NCBI RefSeq assembly: GCF_964355755.1
Contig: NC_092679.1
Location: 24,473,432-24,537,431 of the forward strand
DNA: 64,000 nucleotides
Source: Antedon mediterranea
Lineage: Eukaryota; Animalia; Echinodermata
Reading direction: 5' to 3'
Shown: piece by piece, positions 1 to 12,500 of the stretch
How positions within the stretch are numbered: the stretch's first letter is position 1
How the letters are laid out: each line of letters starts with the position of its first letter
Made by a program: the position numbers and the translations under genes
The notes under the pieces: generated by a model
Seen by the model: only the letters and a program-made list of their open reading frames with translations
What the model was told of the DNA's origin: nothing
Database searches by the model: none

Positions 1-576
1 AAATTCCGAAGTAGTAGCCTACTAATTAGGCCTAGTATTAATTAATACTAGCGAACGCTAATTTCCTAAGCTCTGATGGGTTGCGCAACTTTTCGCTTCT
101 TAGAAATAGAAACAATTCGAACTAACAATTCCGCTGAAGCAAAAAACTAAAGAATTAGAGAGTCGCCATAGAGAGGGAAACATGAATTCGCATGCGTATA
201 AGCTGAAACTTGCGATTCCCGGCTTTAGGCAGCAGGTCGCCTGGGTTTGTGTTAACTCTTGTGTTTTGCTAGGCAGTGTAAAAGTGGTATTGTTATAATG
301 ATAATTAAGACATTTTTTAAATTATCGATTTTGTCAAACTACAATAATTGTACTTGTATTTTTAAATAATAGCCTTTCAATATTGAAATGAGTTATTTTA
401 CTGTGTTTACTGTGGGGAATATAAACACATTTTAAAATTATTTGATTTAGTATCAAATTCTGATTCTGAAAGGAAGGATAGTAAAATTTACTAGAATTAA
501 ATATTCATCAAAACTTAAAATTTGCAATTACATGGTATTAGCTAATTTGGATGTTATTTACTTTTTCCTCAAACAG

Positions 577-3500
577 TAACTAATCATGGAAGTCGAATAA
601 TCGAAGCTATGGAGATACTATCGGATAAGACTTGTCTTACATTCGAGGAATTTGATAGTAGTACTATGGCAGATTCGAAGCCAAGACTAGTGTTTGCTAC
701 TCCTGAGGGCGGGTAAGTTTGTGTTTTTATATTTATAGCCCATTTCTAGGCTCTAACCTGCGTAGTTGTCGTGTAATTTGGAATTAGCTCAATTTAATAA
801 CAGAAAAGTATTATTTAATTGTGATAACGCGCTCGAATGCACGTTCAGCTCTCATTTTAGGCATTTTGAGAATGCATTGTTGTCTGATTTACAGTAATGT
901 TTTTCCTCATATGACCCTCTGTTCAGATTTTTTTTAATTTAACATGGTATGTTTATGGGATTTTCGGACACCATGTCGTATGAGCAAAACATTATTATAA
1001 AGTGTTCCTTAAAAATTGACCTACATCACTTTAAAAAAATGTGATCGCCTAATATCAGTCGAAAAAACACCACAGTGTACGCTGCTTACGACGTTTTTAC
1101 CACCGTTTTATTGCGGTGCAATGGTGGTGCCTATGTGTGTTTTTTTTATTTCATTATAATTATAGGTGCTATGCGTCGTTGGGCTTTACGGATGATACTG
1201 AAGATAACTTTGTTTTTTTGGGGAATTCAGGTTGTAACACCGTACGTACCCAATTTTTTGTTCGAATTTATATTTATTGTTTTGTTATAGTTTGCTATTG
1301 TTGTTGCTTACTTGCTTTTTGTTCATTATTCAGGCAAATAAGATAAATTTTACAAAATAAGACAAACAAGAAGGTAAGAAAGATCAGTCACTCGTTGCGA
1401 GGAATATACAAAATCAGCCGAGGTCATCAAAAATAATCAACAACTAAAATAAATAATAAACACCCTCAACCAAAAAAAAAAAAAAAAACCTGGATCCGCC
1501 TCCTATGGCAGAATCATCCTCATCAGGATACAAATTATGGACCTCTTTTAAATATTTTATGCTGTACGTCAAAACTACGGTTCTTGATCCATTTTCTCGT
1601 TTTACTCCTGGCGAAGGTTGCAACTCTCTGATTTGTTTGTTTACATTTATCAACAGATCGGAGTCGTGATACACGAGATAGGGCATGCTATCGGAAGGCG
1701 TCACGAACATACTCGGCCAGATCGTGACGAGTTTATAGATGTGATAACAGAAAACATCGAATCCGGCTTCCAATCGCAGTTTGATATAGTTACGACTCAG
1801 AGCACTCTTTCGGTACCATACGATCTTGGTTCTGTTATGCATTATAGTCGTAACGTAAGTTTGTATTAATTAATTTTTGGAACAATTATTTCTATATTAT
1901 TGATTGATTGATTACTTTATTTCAGAATAACAAAATTCATAAAAAATAGAGTTTCAAAGAAAACGAAATCACATTAAAATCCTGCAAAGTGAATCTAAGA
2001 TAATTTTTACTTTTCAGAACTCTTACTTTAAAAATTGTCTGCTTTCTTAACTTAATAATATAAATCTACCTTTCAGTAAAGTTTCAGCGTAACAAAAAAG
2101 AACTTTGCACTTGAATAATTTGTTCTTCACGCCTGTAGAGATTAGTGTCTATTTTAATTTTGGTATGCATTATGTAAATGCCTCCTCACAAGTTTCGTTA
2201 TACAATTTTCATAATTTGTTCATCTGAAATTGTTAAAATGAATTTTCATCTCTTCTTAGGTATAGGCCTACATCGCATCTAACAGTTTGTCTTGCTCGAT
2301 TTTTTCCAAATTATGATGTTGATTAAAGATGTATTGTCCCTTGAAACACAAAAAAATGAAGGTCAAAATATTCTAAATTTAAAGTGGCCATATCAAAGTA
2401 ATATTAAAGTTATTCACTTTAAGTCGAACATTTGAGCCAAAAACAACAAGTTTACGTAATTAACAGGTAAATTAGTTTGATTACATTTCATCTAGAAAAT
2501 CGTCACGAGCGAAAGTAAACAAAGATTTCAAACCATGAGTATGCATTATGTATATGCTAAATTAGGATTGTTTAAAACTCGTCACGGTTAAGAAGGTATT
2601 TTCACACAGATCGTGAGGAAGTTTTATGATTATGCATACAGAGTAGCCAAACAAGCGCGTTTCATTATGGGATATGTTTTGATTGAAAACTTTGACTGGA
2701 AGTCAAAGTTATTTTTTAAACAAAAAAACATCTGTATTTCAATGAATTTTTTGTTTTTTTCGAAAAATTTTTGGTGATAGTTAATAACTATTATGATACT
2801 TCAAAATGACCCACCTTTTTTCGAAATCTTTTATTTTTTATTTTTTTGGAATTAGTCAAAGGGACAATACATCTTTAAGGAAAAGATAAAATCATGACGT
2901 CAACTAGACAATGTTGTTTTTTATTTGTTCCAATGATCAAAATCAAAATAATTCAGCTAATAAAAATGCTATTTTTATTTGTTTCATTAGACATTCAAAA
3001 AAAATGATCTTGCGGATACGGATTATGTTATAGAAACTCATGATGCTATGAAACAACTGAGTTTTGGACAACAGCAATCCCTTAGTCACGTGGACAGTCA
3101 GTTTATCAATGCACTTTACGAATGTAACGGTAAGTTCTTTTAATTTTATTCCTTCAATTTATGTTTATTTTTACATTTAATATAATGTCATGAAATCGTA
3201 ATTATTATTAATGTCATAATCCACACATACCAACACATTGTCAACATGTATTGGATCAAGATTTCATTTGGAAAAGTAGTTTATGAAATAGATTGTTTTA
3301 CCAGTCTTAAGTATTGATAAAAAGTTTTCGGTACACCTCGTATTATAGTTATGAAAGGAACTGTTTCTATCAATATGTCTTAATCGTCCTCGCAGTAAGA
3401 ACGACCAGTTATCGCCGTATTCTTATTTCTTTCTTGATATAATTACATATTTGTTCCTGTTGATATAAAGTTTGCGGTACACCACGTGTATTAGTTCTGA

Positions 3501-6500
3501 AAATAACTGTTGAGTTTTTCGACGTTTCGATCAATATGCTTTGATCGTCCTCAGGTCCTCAGGAGTTCTTTTCAGAACTAATACACGTGGTGTACCGCAA
3601 ACTTTATATCAACATTTGATTTCGCCATGCAAACCTTCAAACAATATATTTGTTCTTCCTGGTTAAACTCATGTATATTTTCATCTTAATCGTTAAATTG
3701 AAAATGTATTATTCTTAGCAATTAATGTCAGTAGTTTGTCTATTTTCTCATTTTGTTGTCAAATCCATAATTTCCTATAGCTTCTTCTAATTAAAACTTC
3801 TTTTAATTTAAAGCTGATTGCAGTGAGAGTGAATTGCAGCAAAACTGTAAAAACGGTGGCTTTGTCGGTAAGGACTGCGCATGTGTTTGCCCAGATGGAT
3901 TAGGCGGAGAATACTGCCAGTCTTTAACGGCAATCTCGTCAGATGTGGATGGTAAGTAGACTCAAATAATTTAAATTTGTTCCTTTAAATGCATTGTCCC
4001 ACAAAACATGAACAATTAAGATAATAAAATCAAACTTGTAATTGGTCATTTTGTAGTTTTATAAAGTTTACATTTTCTTCGAAAAAAACCTAGTCTAAAT
4101 TATGATTTTCCTTATGAAGAAACGGCTTACATTTAAACCTGTTTTTTACTTAAATGTTGGCTTTATCATGTCAGGTAATTTATATTTCAATTCAATTATT
4201 ATGTGACATTGAAATAACTTACTAAACGAAAACAAATTGTATTATTTTTTTATATTATGACGTATTACTATTCTGCTGTAAGTATTACTTTTGTTGAATT
4301 ACTTTATTATTTCTAAGATTGTGGTGGTCATTTCACGAGTGACAACGGGAACATAAAGACGCCGAATTATCCTCAAGACTATCCACTAAATATAGACTGC
4401 ACCTACTTAATTGAAGTAAGTTTGCAACAAAATATTAATTACAAAAAATGTTGATGTAAACTGTCCTATGAAGAGGAAGTGCTGAACTGTGTCTATTTAA
4501 GAGTAAATTCGGCACATATACTTAATATTTTTTCTGTTGCACATAATAATCCAAAACGAATACGATATGTTAAACAATAACCACTGTAGATCCCGCATAA
4601 TTGAGGGATACTATTTTTCCTTTTGTTTTAGGCACCGGAAGGCTATACAGTTGTATTATATTTTGAAGCATTTTCGATTGAAGAAGATTCTACTTGCTAT
4701 TGGGACCAAGTTTATATACGTTACGATGGCTTACAATTTGATACATCAGCACCTTTGTACGTTACCTGTATCAATTTCAATACCACGTACATTTCGGTGT
4801 CTGATCATTTCGGCCGCAAGTTGGGACGAATACATTATAGTGTGCCACTTTTGTCGTAATGTACTCAATTGTCTTTATTGGGTCCGACGAGGGTTGGTCG
4901 GCTATAATCACTGCCATCTTTACTCACCATTGTTGTTTAAGAACATTTGTATTAATCTATTTTGGTAGGTATGTTCCTTGGGCGGTGACTCGATTCAATG
5001 GCGTCCAAAAGAATATGTGTTCTTATTGGCCCACCTTATAATGGTCGTCCCATATCCAACGGCCGAAATTAACGGCACTGTCAATGTGCACTGTTTTGAA
5101 ACCTACAGTGTAAGTTAGGTTTGCATGCTTTTTTTGTTTTTGTTTTTTTTAACACGAGCATCGTTTAAATGCACGCCTAGAGAAATTCCACATGCCGATT
5201 GCATTGCTTCCTCTATAGGAATCTTTTGTTCAATAATGCTTTGTTAAGTAATGGAGACGTAACGCAGGGACCCAAGATGCAAGTGAGCTGACCTATGACA
5301 AGCATAATGACTTAACATATACAATATTTTCTTAGGTTTTGTGGCACCTCCCTTCAGCATGAAACTATACAGTCAATTGGAAATACTATAATGTTGGAGT
5401 TTCACTCAGATGATTTCTGGACAGAACCTGGATTTAGTGCCACATACACATTTGTATCTAGTAAGAATATTTCACATACAGTACACATAGTAATGAATAT
5501 TATAAAACAGAATATTTCTATTTAATTGAATAGCTGATCATTACTATTACTACCCGTCAGATCAAACCATCAAACATGTTTTCGTTTTTTCAAGATGAAA
5601 CTCTTCTAATCAGATTTATTATTTTAAGCCATTGGTTACACACATTTTAAGATGGGAAATGCCAGCATTACAGAATGAATGCTCTTATCCAATCAATAGA
5701 ATACTTTAAACAATTTTCAATTTTTCAATTTTGAATGTCTCCTGTATTACTTCCACTATGTAATATACATGATAATACACAATAAAATCATATTAAACTA
5801 GTTTTTTAATACATAAAATTGCATATAAATACAATAAAGAGTAGTTGAGACAAGATATTTCAAGCCACAATTCATCATAAGAATACACCTGCTAAGGAAA
5901 ATACAACATCTGATACGGAAAAGGGGGACTCTGAAAATTGCCAACTGAAATGGAACGGTAAATTAATAATTAAATCATCAGAAAGACTTTAATTTTGACC
6001 CAACCCAGGATATTAAAAATATAGCAAATGAAGATAACCCTGAATTAATAGGACAACATTTGCGATCGTGATATTTTGAAAATTATGATTCAAATAATGA
6101 TTTTAATATTTCTTTGTCATTCTAGTCTCTAGAATATTACGTCATTCTTGGAACAAATCAATGAAATTAATAGGTCTATGTTCTAATACTAACGTTGCTG
6201 AAAATGAGAACACGTTGAATGCTTATTTACCAAAATGTATTAAAATTTATTTTTCACATCAGATAAAATCTGAGATAACTATCTTGAAAATATTCTTTTT
6301 TTCAAACCAATAATTAGTAAAAACTAACCTTGACAGTTTCGCTGTCCTGATCGGGCAGCTTCTTCAGAAATAATGACGATCTGTCATCAAACAGACTGAC
6401 CTCTAGAGGGCCTATTCTGTTTAATGACAGGACAGCGAAACTGTCAAGGTTAGTTTTTACTAATTGTTGGTTTCAAAAAAAGAATATTTTCAAGATACTT

Positions 6501-9500
6501 ATACCTACAAACCAGATGAACATTTTCAATCAATATAGATAACTACTTTAATTGCGTGGCATTGTGTTTGTATTGAAGAAAAATTTTAAATTACTGTATT
6601 GTTTCCGAATAAGATTGGGGTTCTTGGTCTGAATGGGGTGACTGCAGTGCTACTTGTGGTACAGCAACCAAGACTCGTAGCAGAGAGTGCACAACCACTG
6701 ACTGTATTGGTGACAGTACAGAAGAATTGTCATGTGATCTAGATGGATGTTCAAATGGTACGTATAACGGCATCGTATTTCTGTGATAAGATTAGCATTC
6801 TCTGGACACGATAGACTATTAGGCCTATAATAGACATTTATTCGTCAGGAGCTCAACTCACTCCTAATGCTATTCAATAAGGTAGCAGAATACGACTACT
6901 GAACAATTCATGTTTGCTGCATGGATTAGCTACGAAAAGCATATTAGTGGCCTGGTATAACGCATTATTTACATTATGTGTTTTATTAGCCTTATGTGAT
7001 GTCGCATTTCCTGCTAATGACTGGGAAAAGTACACAATGTTGCTTTTCTTCATTACCAAGTTAACAAAAGTTAAACTACTGTCCAACATTTCAAATTAAC
7101 TTACAACATAGCATACCAGCATTACCGTTAACAACCTTTTAAAATGCTAGACAATGTATTGTTTTACACATAGTGGGGTTCTTGGTCTGTTTACCTATAC
7201 ATAATATATTAATTGATGTACTGTTCTTATACAGAGTGGGGTTCTTGGTCTGAATGGAGTGACTGCAGTGCCACTTGTGGTACAGCAACCAAGACTCGTA
7301 GCAGAGAGTGTGCAACCACTGACTGTACCGGTGACATTACGGAAGAAACATCATGTGATCTAGATGGATGTCCAAATGGTACGTATAATGGCATCGTATT
7401 TCTGTGATACCAGATAAAAATTGCCATTCAAAGTATATTATTAGCTGCCTTTCATTTTGTTTGCTTTTCTGTTATTACTACTATTATTGTTTTACTACAT
7501 TTACCCTTATATATTTTTTTTTTTACCATTGTTGAATAAATGTTATTAAACATTGAACGTTTCAAATACTAGCTATTGTATTCTTCTTATACAGAGTGGG
7601 GTTCTTGGTCTGAATGGGGTGACTGCAGTGCCACTTGTGGTACAGCAACCAAGACTCGTATCAGAGAGTGCGCAACCATTGACTGTATTGGTGACACTAC
7701 GGAAGAATTGTCATGTGATCTAGATGGATGTCCAAATGGTACGTATTATATTGTTAATTAAAAAAATGTGTGACAAGCAATTTGTTTTCTTTTTAACTCT
7801 CTGTGAGTTAAATACAGACCAGACATACGTCATTTAGAATTGTCAACATAGTTACATTTTCAATCTTATTGTCTGTATTATTGAAGATAAAATTAGTTGT
7901 TTATAGACCGCAGATAAATATTCCTTATTTTTTAGATGCTATAGGTTTAAGCACGAATTAAAACCTATAAAATAAAATTCAAATGAATAATAAAATTTTA
8001 TTTTAAACTTTTCATGATGATTCTATACATACTAGATAATAATACTGTTCTTATACAGAGTGGGGTTCTTGGTCTGAATGGGGTGACTGCAGTGCTACTT
8101 GTGGTACAGCAACCAAGACGCGTAGCAGAGAGTGCGCAACTAATGACTGTATTGGTGACACTACGGAAGAATTGTCATGTGATCTAGATAGATGTCCAAA
8201 TGGTACGTATATTATATTGGTAATTAAAAAATGTGTGACAAGCAATTTGTTTTCTTTTTAACTCTCTGTGAGTTAAATACAGACCAGACATACGTCATTT
8301 AGAATTTTCAACATAGTTACATTTTCAATCTTATTGTCTGTATTATTGAAGATAAAATTAGTTGTTTATAGACCGCAGATAAATATTCCTTATTTTTTAG
8401 ATGCTATAGGTTTAAGCACGAATTAAAACCTATAAAATAAAATTCAAATGAATAATAACATTTTATTTTAAACTTGTCATGATGATTCATTACATACTAG
8501 ATAATAATACTGTTCTTATACAGAGTGGGGTTCTTGGTCTGAATGGGGTGACTGCAGTGCTACTTGTGGTACAGCAACCAAGACTCGTAGCAGAGAGTGC
8601 GCAACAACGGACTGTATTGGTGACACTACGGAAGAGACATCATGTGATCTAGATGATTGTCCAGGTAAATGATGCTCAAGGTAGTATATTATTTAAATAA
8701 TATACTACATTTTAAAAATATACTACTGACTATTATTTTTTGGAAAATAACTGACTATTATGTTTATGAATTATTACATCTTCCATTCTGGTGTCGTTGT
8801 CGATTGTTGTCGTCGTCGTTATTATCGTTATCATCGATAATGATAAAAAAAAATACAGGTTATTATTGCAATTTTTAATTAAATCGTGTATGCTAAGTTA
8901 GCATCATTTCGCAATGTTTAAACGGTGCCTCTTTACTAATACTAACCATTTTGTTTCTTCCATACAATCAAAAGTTCCTGCTATCGGTGGTTGTACACAA
9001 GATGCCAGTGAGAATGTTTATGATGTTATCCAATCTGAGAACTATCCAAGCGGATATCCCACTGAATCAGAATGTAGATGGGTCATTACTGTAAGTGATT
9101 ACATTTTGCTTATAAAATAAGTCTAGTCTAAGTCTAGTCTAGGCCTATGTGTTTTGAAACTGTACAACCGCATTGTTAGTGATGAATAAAATGCGGCAAC
9201 CCCAACAACAATTTAAATTTCAATAAAGCCAACAATAAATTCTATATCATTGAATGTAAAAAAAAATGTATCTTTTTCCAGTTTCCATCACCAATTGCCT
9301 CTTTTATTGATCGATAACAGTATCAGGTAGTTGTCATAAGAATGGCTTATTGTGACTTCGATAACTCCAGAGGGCGCCATATTTAAAAGGTCAATCGGGA
9401 CTAAAATTTCCAGCTAAGCTAGCGCGATATTTAAAAGGTCAATTGGGACTAAAATGTCCATCTAGGCTAGCGCGATAAATCTAAATTTACATCATCGCGC

Positions 9501-12500
9501 CTGTCTCGCTCCTATTTAAGTTATTTACTCATTACTCTCCAGGTGCCTGAAGGAAAATTCGGTTATTTGTATTTTGACCGCTTGGATCTGGAATATGACA
9601 CCGCTGCTGATGCTTGTTACGATCACATTAGAATCGGAGTTGATGATAACGACTTTCAAAAGTTTGTAGCACATTATTTTATATGAGGGGGAACACGGTG
9701 GTGAGACACGTGCACTGCGAAATGATTATGACGTGCCATGGTGATGCCGGGGTGCGATTTTTTTTTTCGTACATAAGTTGGGGACCCCTTCATGAAACGT
9801 CACAAAATAAACATGAGTAATTCATCAGTTAAATTTGTTGTTCCGTGTGCACCCAAGCGTATAGCAACAAGAAGTGATTACACTAACTGCGATACGATAC
9901 TTTCTACAGTAGGCCTAGGATTATAAGTCAATTCACGTGATTGCCTTCGCGCACTCTTCTTCACACAAAATGTGTCGAGTCGAGGCTATCGACAGCTAGG
10001 CAAGTACGGCAAGACATTAAACTAAGTAGTAATTCATTGGACATAGCCCAAAGAAAGCTTAGACCCACAAGAATAAAGAATGTGTATAATTTGTGTACTG
10101 TATTTTTTTAATTCTGCTATTTTATTATCAAACAATATGCATGTACTCAAAGGAACTTTAAAAATGCGCGTATATGAACACATGAGATGGGAAGATTTGA
10201 CCCACGAGAATAAAAATGTGTTTTTGTGTAATGTTTATTGTTTAATTTTGCTGACTTATTACTCGGATTGTGTCATACCAAAGATAGTGTAACTAGGCCT
10301 ATCTTTGGTCATACCTAATACACACACACCCACACAGGTACTACTAGAATAGACGGGAATAGACATGGGTTTAGAGACTAATAATTAGGCCTAATAGTAT
10401 TAATAGAAACTATAGTTTTAACACGTAATTCTTTAGTAAAAAATTATATTAAAAACACCATAAACTAAAGGCTGATTATTTCGACAATCCACACAAAAGG
10501 CCGCTATTCTTCTATGAAATCGCACGCCGCAACAACAGCGGAGATAGGCCTAGAATCGTACGCGTACCGCACTTGTGTCATCACTTCTTGTTTTCTATAC
10601 GCTTGGGTGCACACGGAACAAGACAATTTAACTGATGAATTATTCATGTTTATTTTGTGACGTTTCATGAGGGGGTCCCCAACTTATGTACGAAAAAAAA
10701 AATCGCGGGCGGGGCATGATGGGACATCGGCGCTGTGATATAACGAAGTAGGTCAGAGCCATATATAGAGAGAGTTACGGCATTGAATGGATTAGAAGCC
10801 GTGTTTGTGTCCAACTATTCCTATGTAGCGTATGGAGTTGAGTCTTTTGTTTTGAAAATGTATAACGTTCAAAAGGCTTTAATTATCGAATTTAATATCA
10901 AAACAATCAATTTGATTAAAGGTTTTTGTTAAAATAATAAAAAAATTATAAAGTTACTGCGAACATGATTTAAAACAACAAAAATAGCAATTTCGGAACG
11001 GCTCTGGTTGTGCGCTCCAAGCACGCTCTACGCGTGCGCGTTTAGTTTGTACAGCGATTCTCTATAGTAATGCATTGTTTTTACATTTTGTTGTTTAAAA
11101 TCATGTTCGCAGTAACTTTATGATTTCGTTATTATCTTAACAAAAACCTTTAAACAAATTGATTGTTTTGATATTAAATTCGATATTTAAAGCCTTGTGA
11201 ATGTTATACATTTTTTAAGCAAATGACTCGACTCCATACGCTACATAGGCTAGTTGGACACAAACATGGCCGGCGTGCACACCACGTGACTTTCTAAAAT
11301 CCGTGAACGCAAAGTCGTAACTCTCTCTATATATATGGCTCTGAAGTAGGTGATGCCGAGGCATGATGGGACACTGCATTGCGATATGATGAAGTATGAC
11401 GTGAAACGGTGATGCCGGGGCATGATGGGACACTGCGCTGCGATATGACAAAGTATAACGTGCCACGGCGATGATGGGTACTGCGCTGCAAGATAACGAG
11501 CCATTATTTTATTAATTCATAGTAACAATATTACAAATAAGCTAGTAATGTGAACAAAATTGTTATTGTGAGTGATTTTATAAATATTTACTTTCTATAG
11601 ATTTTGTGGACAGAATTTGCCTGAAGATATATCTTTTAACAATGAAGCAATTATTAAATTCTATTCGGATGATCAAGTTGGATGGACTGGATTTAAGCTC
11701 AGATATGTGGTGAAATCGACTGCTCCTGCTAGTTAGTACAGATATTTTACATTATAAATTAATCATAATAAATTATTCTGATGATAATAATATTTCGGCA
11801 AGTTTAATTAAAAAGTACATCATTTACCAGGAGCAAATAATAAGCATGAGCACAAACAGTATAAACTGTTTGTGTAGGCCTATTATTGTTCATTATATTT
11901 TGGATCAAACATATACCGTCTATCGATTGATCAGAGCATCACGGGATTAAGTTGATTCGGCTATTATATTAATGTACATTAGCACGTCGGAAAATATAGT
12001 AAAAACTAGATTCGAATAATAGTGAGCTAAAACTCGAGCACAGCCTCAACATTAGATGGTATAGGGCGAAGTAATTAAAATAAAACACTACTTTAGAACC
12101 ATGTGTATACATGTTTGGTATATAGTAACATAAAACAATATTATACTTTAAATTTCTGGTTAACACTAAAGGCCTTGATCTCTCTGAAAAGATAGCATCC
12201 CGCCACTCAAAACCAACTCAACCAAATAACTTAAAATGGTAACAAAACGAAAGTCAGTGTACCAGTTAGTACGTGAATTAATGATAGCTTCTTTGTGATT
12301 ATTAGCCTGGGATAGTTGGAGCAGTTGGGGAGATTGCAGTGCTACTTGTGGAACTGGGTACAAACAGCGGACTAGGACTTGTTCTGGCTCAACGTGCATA
12401 GGCCTAAACATGCAGACTATTTCATGCGATCTAAGTCATTGTACTGATAGTAAGCGTTGTATTTGTATTATATTATTATAGGAAATACAATTGCTAAACT

